This document shows positions 52,486 through 64,000 of a stretch of DNA of 64,000 nt, piece after piece. A model generated the notes under the pieces. It saw only the letters and a list, made by a program, of their open reading frames with translations, made no database searches and was not told the DNA's origin. The DNA is from Eledone cirrhosa (Eukaryota). Position 1 is the first letter of the stretch, and each line of letters begins with the position of its first letter. The stretch is taken from positions 31,617-95,616 of the forward strand of contig CAXHJY010001759.1 in the NCBI GenBank assembly GCA_964016885.1. Reading direction: 5' to 3'. Both the position numbers and the translations under genes were made by a program.

Positions 52486-53977
52486 ATTATTATTATTGAT
52501 GTTTGTTTATGTCCAACATAATGTCCCACAACTTCATAGTTCGATGAAGGTCAGTTGTATGTACTATACTTAGAAGTAGAATATTAGTTGACAACAGGAA
52601 GAGCATACCGTCATTAAAACAAACTACCCCTAAAAACAGTTTCAATCAGCTCATACAAGCATTGAGAAACAGTCATTAACACTACAATGATGATGATAAG
52701 GGTGATGAAAGTGATGGTGGTGGTGATGGTGATGGTGAGGTTGATGATGATGGTGGCGATAATGACGCTGATGAAACACATCTAAAGACAAGGTTAATAG
52801 AGCAGAAAATTAACATCTTATTGTGTTCATTTACTCTTCTCCATTTATCTAATCTTTGTTGTTCCAAGCCATTGCATCTACTCTAGTTCTTGTTCCATTA
52901 TTTATAAAGCAATTTTCTCGCGAGCCAACAAGGTGGGTCCTCAATGTGGCGGCTTAACCTGCTTGAAATAGCAGCCAAATTTCCTACAAATCACACCCTG
53001 ACGAGTATCTAAAACCTTTTGATACCAATATGCCTGAAACCGCCTCTGGTTTTATCATACAAAACTGCTTATTTCAAAGTGTTTATATTTATCTAAAAAC
53101 ATTGCATCATAATTCTATGTAAGAACCTTTCTTAAGTCATGTTCCAAACACCTTTGTTTCTATGGTACAAAACTGTTTATATTTATATAAAAAAAATTTT
53201 CCATCATGGGCCAGACAGGAATTTTTGAGGCAATGTTTTAAATCACTACTATCATGTTGTTACTGCTCACATTTATGTAGATTTAACTAGCCTCATACAA
53301 GGCTGCATCTCATAAGAATTTCTTGGGTATTTTAATGATAGGAGTCCCAGTTTTTTTATGTTATTACTGTTTGTTGGGTTCTGTGTTTCAAAAATGGAAG
53401 ACATAGTACCTTTCTAGAATATTCTTATTTTTAGCTTCTAATGTCCATGTTTCACAAGTAATTAACATTGCCCTTAAAAACTGAATTTGATTAACCTTTT
53501 TGATACAAATTTGCTCAAAACTTCTGATTTTAAAGGGTTCCTATTTAGTCCTTACATTAAAATATTTATGAAAGAACCTTTTATGATTTCCAAATCATTT
53601 TGAAAATAATGAAGAATTTCAAGGGATTTAGTAAAATGACTAACATTTTCATTATTCAGTTGATGTTTGGAATACCAAAAAGGTTCTTATATTAATATGT
53701 AGAGTGGTTTGGTCATGTGTGGAAACGGTATAAAATTACTTATAAAATCGAGTGAAGACATTTACATTACTCTATATATATACTATTGTATTTTCATGGT
53801 AAAGGCTTTATCTCACATAATATCGAATCTATGAGATTTTGGCATTATTTATTTTGAGAATAATACCTTAACATCAGTATGAGTGGTCAGTTTAAACAGA
53901 AAGAGGTGAGAGGATTCTGGCCAGATACAGCCTGTTTAAATGCTAAAGAGTTAAGTTATGTTACAAATACCATCTTA

Positions 53978-54415
53978 ATAATGGTTTCCGACTTAGGCAC
54001 AAGGCCAGAAATTTTGTGGTAGGGGAAAGTCGATTAAATCGACACCTGTGCATTACAGCTACTTTTATTTTATCGACCCTATAAGGATGAAAGGCAAAGC
54101 TAACCCCGGAAGGATTTGAACTCAGAACGTAAAGGGTCATAACTATATGCCACAAAGCATATTGTCTGATGGTCTACCGATACTGCCAATCCACTGCCCT
54201 CAAAAATATCTTCTTAATAATGAAATAATTGTTTGTACTTTAGGCACAAGGCCTGCAATTATCCAGTGCATTACTGGTACTTTATTTTATCGACCCCGTA
54301 AGGATGAAAGGCAAAGTCAACCTCGGCGGGATTTGAACCCAGATCGTAAAGGGACGTAACTATGCTGGAAAGCATGGCGTCCGACTCTCTACCGATACTG
54401 CCAATCCACTGCCCT
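53978..54415 (-). mobile_element. Two SINE family B copies
   Basis: Reverse-complement homology to 5988-6176. Confidence 0.8.
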
Positions 54416-54604
54416 CAAAAATACCTTCTTAATAATGAAATAATGAATAATTATAGTAAATTCTTCCAACTACTTAATTAAATAATATTCAATAACGGAA
54501 GGGTTAAGTAATAAAGAATAGCTTTCAGCTTTCATTTCTATTTCATCAAAGGAAGAACAAAAGAGTTGAGGGAGAGAAAGGGACACACATACATACAGAC
54601 ACGT

Positions 54605-54640
<36 letters not shown>

Positions 54641-54827
54641 TACACACAGATATACATTCATTAGGTATATATATAATATAAACATATATATATATGTGTT
54701 CATAAATATAAGAGAGGAGAGAGATTGACTATATATATATATACACACACATATACATTCATTAGGTATATATATAATATAAACATACATATATATGTGT
54801 ACATAAATATAAGAGAGGAGAGAGATT

Positions 54828-54897
<70 letters not shown>

Positions 54898-54959
54898 TGA
54901 AATACATGATATATACTGAAATACATGATATATATTATATACACACAACATACATTAGG

Positions 54960-55752
<793 letters not shown>

Positions 55753-56160
55753 CTAGAGAGAGAGAGGGGGTGTATTTGTCTTTATTGCAACCAATTCTAT
55801 TAACAAACAATGATTATCTTGGATGTGTTATCTATAAACTCTCTTTTTGCCAACGAGACGAAATTAAATATACATAATTAACCTTTTTTTAATTAGGGCC
55901 TTCGTTAACTGTCACATTAGACTGATTAATTCTCATTATTTTGGCATTATCTATCATAATATGTTATATCTTTATTTCTATTGCTACAATATACCTTTCT
56001 TTATATAATACACGTGTATATATATATATATGTGTGTGTGTGTATGTGTATGTGTATATATGTAGGCATATATATATGTATATATGTAGGCATATATTTT
56101 TCTGTATATCTATCTCTCTCTCTCTATATATATATATGTCCCTCTCAGTCCATATTCATG

Positions 56161-56191
<31 letters not shown>

Positions 56192-56225
56192 ATATGTATG
56201 TGTTTATATATGTGTTTGTGTGTGA

Positions 56226-56269
<44 letters not shown>

Positions 56270-56446
56270 TATAAACTTTTGGCATTATCAGTTAAGGTTT
56301 TATTATCAATATTGCAAAATATCTTTCAGTGTGTATGTGTATGCACGGATGAGTATGTGTGTGTGTACTTATGTATGAGTGTATGTACATACACCCTCAA
56401 ATATGTACACATTCATACATATACGTGTGTGTATATATATATATAT

Positions 56447-56477
<31 letters not shown>

Positions 56478-56497
56478 CACCTTTTATTATTTTCCAT

Positions 56498-56695
56498 GAA
56501 GGGCGGTGAATTGGCAGAATCGGTAGAGGGTCGGACACCATGCTTTGCAGCAAAGAGTTACTACGACCCTTTACAGTTCGAGTTCAAATCCCGCTGAGGT
56601 TAACTTTGCCTTTCATCCTTACGGGGTCGATAAAATAAAGTACCAGTAATGCACTGGGATAATTGCTGGCCTTGTGCCAAAAGTAGAAATAAATA
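56498..56695 (+). mobile_element. SINE family B
   Basis: Homology to 5988-6176. Confidence 0.8.
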
Positions 56696-57700
56696 TTTTC
56701 CATGAAATGTGTAGCCACACCACCTATTGATTCTTTCCTGAGATATTCTAACCACTTTACCATAGTATTGGAACTGTGATCTCCCAATTCAGAGGAGTAT
56801 CAGCTCTACCTGGATCGACTCTCTGATCCCCGAAATATCCACTCTATTGAGTAACATTACTCTAAAAATCCTCTTGAGGAAACCCATTTCGGCTGGTTGA
56901 GAAGCAAATTAAAAATTCCCTCAACATCATCATCATCATCATCTTCTGTAAGGCTTGGGCAGTTCTGCATTTTGTCTGCTATTTGGTGATCTTTGATTCA
57001 GTTTTCCATAGAAGTAGACACTTTGGGCAAAGTGTCTTTCTTCTACTATAGATTTAGATCAATCTCTACCCCCCTCAAAGTCTTGTGCATGAAATTGGGT
57101 AGATTACGTCTGGGTTTTACAGGTTTTCATGTTCTGGGACTAGACTGGTCAGAAGGTCACATCTTGGTCATATGTTGTACATTTGGCATGGTTTCTAGGT
57201 CTGGATGTCAATCCTAATGCCAACTATTTTACAGAGTGTACTGGGTGCATTTTATTATGGCACTAGCAATACCATTTCACAGAATGTATTAGGTGCATGC
57301 ATTCTGTCTTGGTATTATCAGTACCACTTTACAGAGTGTACAGGGTGCATTCTGTCTTGGCATAATCACTTCCATTTTACAGCATGTACAAGGTGTATTT
57401 TACCATGGTATCAGCACTGTCACTTTACAGAGTGTACTGGGTGTATTTTATTGTGGCAGTAACACTAACACTAGATTTAATTTCAATAGGTAAAGAAATA
57501 TAGATTGATAGATCGATAGACAGAGAAATTGATAGCTAGATAGATTGGGAGTTAGCAGTTTAGACTAATAAGCCCAGGTTCATGTAAGTTCTTCATACTT
57601 GGCAGAGTAGAGTGTTGAAAATAGTTAGTACTCAGTGGCTGAGCTCATGCCATTTTGGTGATAGCTAGATAGACAGAAAGATAGGTAGATTGATAGATAT

Positions 57701-58203
57701 ATTTCTTTATTAGCCACAAGGGCGCACAAGAAAAGGGGACAATACAAAGACACATGCCGGAGATTTTACATACAGTCGTGTAAAAAATATAAAAACAAAC
57801 AATTACAACAATCGAAAGCCCCAATAGGGGGGAGGTGCCACAAATGGGTTGTTTAATACCCCGTCGATAGAACAATCCCCAACTTCAGGAGCGTGTTGTG
57901 CAAGTGCCCCTTTCTTCCTTTTGCTCTCATCTTCAACCTACAGGCTTATAAACAGAGAAGGCCCAATCACTCGGGCCATATTCGCTTCATTCACCAACCT
58001 TTCAGTAAATTTACTGGGGTGCAGTGCCTCTCTTTCCACTCTGATTCTCCTTCTAAAGTGATACTTAAAGAAGGGAATCAATTGTTGTCCGGAGAGAAAG
58101 GCATCTGTCCTCAGTCCTCTCAACCTCGTCCACCATATAACTTCTTTCACCATAGCCACCGTACAGAGGAAAACCGCCTCTCTTTCGTTTTTGAAAGAGG
58201 CTG
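57701..58203 (-). mobile_element. 5'-truncated Tx1 LINE
   Basis: Encodes AMVKEVIWWTRLRGLRTDAFLSGQQL..; 3' end AATAAAGAAAT abuts (TCTA)n on the element strand. Confidence 0.9.
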
Positions 58204-58252
58204 AGATAGACAGATAGTGAAAATTGAGTGAAATTGATAGATAGATAGATAT

Positions 58253-58465
58253 AATTCTTTATTAGCCACAAGGGCGCACAAGAAAAGGGGACAATATAAA
58301 GACATGCCGGGGATTTTACATACAGTCGTGTAAAAAATATAAAAACAAACAATTACAACAATCGAAATCCCCCACCTTTCAGTAAATTTACTGGGGTGCA
58401 GTGCCTCTCTTTCCACCCTGATTCTCCTTCTAAAGCGGTACCTAAAGAAGGGAATCAATTGTTGA
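58253..58465 (-). mobile_element. Internally deleted duplicate of the Tx1 3' end
   Basis: 3' UTR nearly identical to 57701-57820, joined directly to sequence matching ~57997-58085. Confidence 0.85.
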
Positions 58466-58906
58466 TAGTCAAAAATATTGATAGATAGATACAGACAGAA
58501 AGATAGGTAGATCGACAGATAGATTGATAGATAGACAGAGAGGGAGACAGACAGATAGATAGACAGACAGCTAGGGAGACAGACAGAGAGGGAGACAGAC
58601 AGATAGATAGACAGATAGATAGACAGACAGCTAGGGAGACAGACAGAGAGGGAGACAGACAGATAGATAGACAGACAGAGAGGTAGACAGACAGATAGAT
58701 AGACAGAGAGGGAGACAGACAGATAGATAGACAGACAGCTAGGGAGACAGACAGATAGATAGACAGAGAGACAGACAGATAGATAGATAGACAGACAACT
58801 AGGGAGACAGACAGAGAGGGAGACAGACAGATAGATAGACAGAGAGGGAGACAGACAGATAGATAGACAGACAGATAGACAGAGAGGGAGACAGACAGAT
58901 AGATAT

Positions 58907-59747
58907 ATTTCTTTATTTGCCACTAGGGCACAAGAGAAAGGGACAAATACACAGGGGGGGGGGGGGGTTACATAAATGCGAGTAAAGAAAAAAGGCATAA
59001 CAATAAGAATAATATAATAATAAAAAGTCCTCAAAAGGGAGGGGGCGTGTTGGGGATTGCACATACCCCCGAAAAGTGTGCAACTCTTTTCGCGGGGGAA
59101 GCCCAGAGAGGAGGCGCTCCCCCTTTCCTCTTCACTTCTTCACCTACAGAACAATGTAGAGAGAAGGCCCATTTACACGGGCCATTCTCGCTTCTTTCAC
59201 CCACCTTTCATAAAACTGTCTGGGACCAAGCACTTCTCTCTCCATCCTGATCCTTCTTCCGAAGTGGTATCGGAAGAAGTAAACCAGGTGATGGCCGGAG
59301 AGAAAGTCACCCGACCTCAGACCTTTCAGGCGCGTCCACCACACAACCTCTTTCATCATGGCTATTACGCACAGAAAGACCGCCTCTGCTTCATTTCTGA
59401 AGGGAGGAGGCGGCTTGATGTTCACCACAGACTCGGCGGCCAATCGAATCGGCGCCACACGCGACAGCAGTCGTTCGACGTAGCCCCACAGATCGGCAAT
59501 GCCCGGGCAGTGTACCAGTGCGTGCGCAAGGGTTTCCTCGTCATGCACGCATCTGGGACAGATCTTTTTCACGGGATCCCTGCCCAGGCGCCCGTGTCTG
59601 TAGAGTTTTTCTCAAACGGGCAGAGCCCCCCGTTAGCACTGCCAGACTAGGGACCTCTGGAAGTTATCCATGGGTCCCGGGCCGAAAGTTCTACCGAACA
59701 GGCTGGCCAGTTCGTCCTCCTCCATGCCTAGCGACTCTCCAAGGGTG
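58907..59747 (-). mobile_element. 5'-truncated Tx1 LINE closely related to the full-length copy
   Basis: Encodes LGMEEDELASLFGRTFGPGPMDNF and KKICPRCVHDEETLAHALVHCPG; embedded in GACA/GATA repeats. Confidence 0.92.
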
Positions 59748-60007
59748 GAGACAGACAGATAGATAGAGAGACAGACAGATAGATAGACAGACAGATAGAC
59801 AGAGAGGGAGACAGAGAGATAGATAGACAAAAAGATTGATAGGGAGACAGAGAGGGAGACAGACAGACAGATAGATAGATGGATAAATAAATAAAGGCTC
59901 GGGTAGGGCGTGGGGGACCCTTCACTGTGAAACCTGACTCACCTTTTGCTGTGTTAACTTTATTTACAAAAATCAAGCCCTTAACTAATGACACTTGATC
60001 TCATTCC

Positions 60008-60036
60008 CTACCACCACTACCACTACTACTACTACC

Positions 60037-60102
<66 letters not shown>

Positions 60103-61000
60103 TCGTTATCATCATCATCGTCTTCATCATCATTATAGACATTGTCATCATCACCATCATCATCATTGTCAATATCACCATCATCAGCATCATCATCATC
60201 ATCATCAATATCATCATCATCATCATCATTATCAACATCATCATCATCGTCGTCTTTGTCATCTTCATCATCATCATCATCATCATTATCAATATCATCA
60301 TCATCGTCTTTGTCATCATCATCATCATCATCATTATCATTATCATCATCAACTGAACCAACAAGTTTGTTTTCATATATTTTTCTTATTGATATCATCC
60401 ACCACCACCTTCATCAACACCACCATCTACACCTCCGCCACCACCATCAACACCACTACCTACACCAACACAACTAACACCAGCACCTCCTTTACCATCA
60501 CTTCTAACACCTTCGCCAACACCACCACCACTAACACTACCACCACCACCTCCATCACCGCCTCTGCCAACACCACCACACCACTAACACTACCACCACC
60601 ACCTCCATCACCTCCGCCAACATTTCCACCACCTCTGCCAACACCACCACCACTAACACTACCACCACCACCTCCATCATCACCTCTGCCAACACCACCA
60701 CCACTAACACTACCACCACCACCTCCATCACCACCTCTGTCAACATTTCCACCACCTCTGCCAACACCACCACACCGCCACCACCACCTCCATCACCACC
60801 TCTGTCAACATTTCCACCACCTCTGCCAACACCACCACACCACTAACACTACCCACCACCACCACCACCACCACCTCCTTCATCACCTCCACCAATACAA
60901 CTAACACCACCACCTCCATCACCAACACCACTTCAACCATCTCTTGTCACCACCACCGCCACCATCACCACCACCAACACTACCAGCACCACCTATGTCA
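60008..61000. repeat. (ACT)n, (CAT)n and (CAC)n compound microsatellites
   Basis: Directly visible. Confidence 0.95.
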
Positions 61001-61231
61001 CCCCTCCACCCCCTCCTTCCCATCTATCCCATGCCAAATAATTTTAAAAACTTCCTCTCCCATCTTATTTCTCTTCTTAAAGTGAACATGGTGAGTGAGG
61101 GTGGAGTGGGAGGATAGGGTTTGATTAGGGTGGGGGATTGAATAGTATCGATTGTGGGGCCCCGGAGAGAGGGGGTAGGGGATGGTGGAATTTGAAGGAT
61201 TACATAATGTCAAAAGAGAATTATGTTTATT

Positions 61232-61676
61232 TTCTTTCTTCTTCTTCTTCTTCTTCTTCTTCTTCTTCTTCTTCTTCTTCTTCTTCTTCTTCTTCTTCTT
61301 CTTCTTCCTTCATCATCTTTTTCTTTCTTCTTCTTTATTCTCCTCCTTATTCTTCTTTCTTTTTCTTCTTTCTTCTTCTTCCTTCATCATCTTTTTCTTT
61401 CTTCTTCTTTATTCTCCTCCTCCTTTTCTTTCTTTTTCTTCTTTCTTCTTCTTCCTTCATCATCTTTTTCTTTCTTCTTTACTCTCCTCCTCCGTCTTTT
61501 TCTTCTTTCCCTTTTCTTCTTTCTTCTTTCATCTTCTTCATCTTCCTTCATCATCTTTTCCCTCCTCCTCCTCCTTCTCCTGCTTCTCCCCCTATATTAT
61601 ACTGAGGGGGAGGAGATATTTTTCTTCCCTTTTTAAAAAATTTATTTTTATTAACCATTTCAATTTTATTCTTATA

Positions 61677-61734
<58 letters not shown>

Positions 61735-61810
61735 CATTGTTGTTATTGTTGTTGCTGTTGTTGTTGTTGTTGTTGTTGTTATCATTGTTGTTGTTGTTGT
61801 TATTGTTGTT
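61232..61810. repeat. (TTC)n, (TTA)n and (TTG)n microsatellites
   Basis: Directly visible. Confidence 0.95.
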
Positions 61811-62609
61811 ATATGTATTTTATATTAAATCCACCATAATCCTCTTTTCTGTCAGTGAATAATAAAATGAGGAATCGGAATAACTCAAGTCATGGATATA
61901 GAAATTTGGGTGGGGTAGCGGCTAGGGTAGGAGGTTAGGGTGGTGTGGTGGTGGTAGTGGTAGGGTGGTGTGGTGGTGGTGGTGATGGTATAAGTAGTAG
62001 TGGTGGTGGTGGTGATGATGGTATAAGTAGTAGTGGTGGTAATAGTGGTGGTGGTGGTGGTGGTGATGGTATAAGTAGTGGTGGTGGTGGGGATAGGGTT
62101 GTGCTGATGGTATGGTGATATGGTAGTGGTGGGGTAGTGTGGTAGTGGTGGTGGTGGTGGTGGTGATAGCGAAAGGAGGTAGTGGGTGTTGGAGGTAGTC
62201 GTAGTTGTGGTAGTGGTGGTAGTGTGTTAGTAGTGTGATGGTAATGTGTAGTAGTGGTGGTGGTGGTGGTGGTAGCATGGTAGTGGTGGTAGCGGTGATG
62301 GAGGTAGTGTCGTAGTAGTGGTATTATGGTGGTGGTGGTAGCATGGTGATGGCAGTGGTGATGGTGGGGTAGAGGTGTTGGAGGTTGGCAGTCACACAGT
62401 AAACATACTTTTAGTGACTCATAGTAGTAAGCACACAGACAACATACAGACATATAAGTATGTACTCTTATGTGCATCCATACTTCCATACATCCATACT
62501 TCTGTCATTTTTATAGCAGTGGTAGTGGTGATAGTGGTGGAAGCTGTGGGCAAGGTTGTGTGTGGGGGCGGGTAGGCCTACGAGTTGTATCAGATTGAAA
62601 TTAAAGTAA

Positions 62610-63970
62610 CGGTTTTTGATGTAGACTCAAGGCCAGCAATTTTGAAGGGAGTCGATGAAATGGACCCCCTGGTACTTTATTTTATCGACCCTGTAAGGAT
62701 GAAAGGCATCTGATAACATCCCAGACCTCATTCGCTTAACAAGTGGGGTTAGGATTAGGAACTCGTCAAATTGACTGAGGAAACGATGTTTCCATCAGTC
62801 TTTCCAATTGCTAATATTATCCACCAGTCGCAAATCCAAGCAGAAGGAGCAACATGAAATAAAGTGTCTTGCTGAAGGACATAGCACATCGCCTGGTCCA
62901 GAAAACAATTTTTGGGACAAGGAAAAGTCGATAAAATCGACCCTAGTACGTTACTGGTGCTTTATTTATTGACCCTGTAAGGATGAAAAGCAAAGCTAAC
63001 ATTAGTGGGATTTGAACTCACAACGTAAAAGAATGTATGTAACCACATGCCACAAAGCATGTTGTTTGACACTCTACCGATTACTCCCAATCCAACACCC
63101 TAATAATGGTTACTGATTCAGGCACAAGACCAAAGGTAAAAGGCTGTAAAAAAATTAGTAAGACTCTCTCTTCCTTTAGTGTAGACCCTGACTGAAATTG
63201 AACCCTAAACCAGGATCTGCCACTTGGCCACCAATAATGGTTTCTTATATAGGCACAAGACCAACAATTTTGAGGGAGGGAAAGTCAATTAAATCGACCT
63301 CAGTGCATTACTGGTACTTTATTTTAATGAACCCCGTAAGGATGAAAGGCAAAGTTAACCTCGACGGGAGTTGAATTCAAACCGTAAGGGGCCATAACTC
63401 TATGCTGCAAAGCATGGCGTCTGACCTTCTATCGATACTGCCAATAATAATAATTGTTTCTACTTTTGGCACAAGGCCAGCAATTACCCAGTGCATTACT
63501 GGTACTTTATTTATCGACCCCGTAAGGATGAAGGCAAAGTTAATCTCGACGGGATTTGGTGTCCGACCCTCTACCGATACTGCCAATCCACCCGCCCTAA
63601 TAAATAATAATAATAATAATAATAAAATAATAATAATAATGGGTTCTTATATAGGCACAAGGTCAGTAATTTTGGGGAGGGGAAAGTCGATTAAATCGAC
63701 CCCAGTGCGTGACTGGTACTTTATTTTATCGACCCCATTAAGGATGAAAGGCAAAGTTAACCTCGGCAGGATTTGAACTCAGAACGTAAAGGGCCATGAC
63801 TCTATGCTGTGAAGCATGATGTCTGTTACCCTACCGATACTGTCAATTCACTGCCCTCATCAATAATAATAATTGTTTCTACTTTTGGCACAAGGCCAGC
63901 AATTACCCCAGTGTATTATTGGTAGCTTATTCGATAAAATAAAGTACCAGTAATGTACTGGTGTAATTGC
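62610..63970 (-). mobile_element. Cluster of about six SINE family B copies or fragments
   Basis: Repeated CTGGTACTTTATTTTATCGACCCCGTAAGGATGAAAGGCAAAG. Confidence 0.8.
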
Positions 63971-64000
63971 TAATGACAATAATTATACAGAATTCATGTG

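Noticed and set aside
59895-59995. Possible minus-strand exon with AAAG|GTGAGT donor
   Set aside because: No convincing acceptor or recognisable peptide; a single motif is insufficient.

Overview
Eukaryotic, AT-rich DNA saturated with repeats. The SINE and microsatellite make-up suggests a coleoid cephalopod such as Octopus; this is an inference, not a database check. No host protein-coding exon can be supported, and nearly all ORF-track entries are translations of microsatellites. Supported content: (1) one near-full-length Tx1/L1-clade LINE at ~36.8-42.4 kb, with an intact zinc-knuckle ORF1 and an APE-RT-CCHC ORF2 broken by only two in-frame stops, plus four 5'-truncated relatives, mostly embedded in TCTG/TCTA repeats; (2) several RTE-clade LINE 3' fragments, one with twin-priming inversion geometry and one amplified into a 13 x 102-bp array that is stop-free; (3) two abundant tRNA-derived SINE families; (4) hAT and piggyBac-type MITEs; (5) many mini- and microsatellites. 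The most striking unannotated signal is a set of about nine sequence-diverse loci with minimal type-I hammerhead ribozyme motifs (CUGANGA-stem II-GAAA-palindromic stem III-UH). They lie in short non-coding islands, mostly next to (TA)n tracts. Many are inside divergent fold-back duplications whose apex is at or just upstream of the ribozyme, which is the expected footprint of Penelope-like element pLTRs or non-autonomous ribozyme retroelements.
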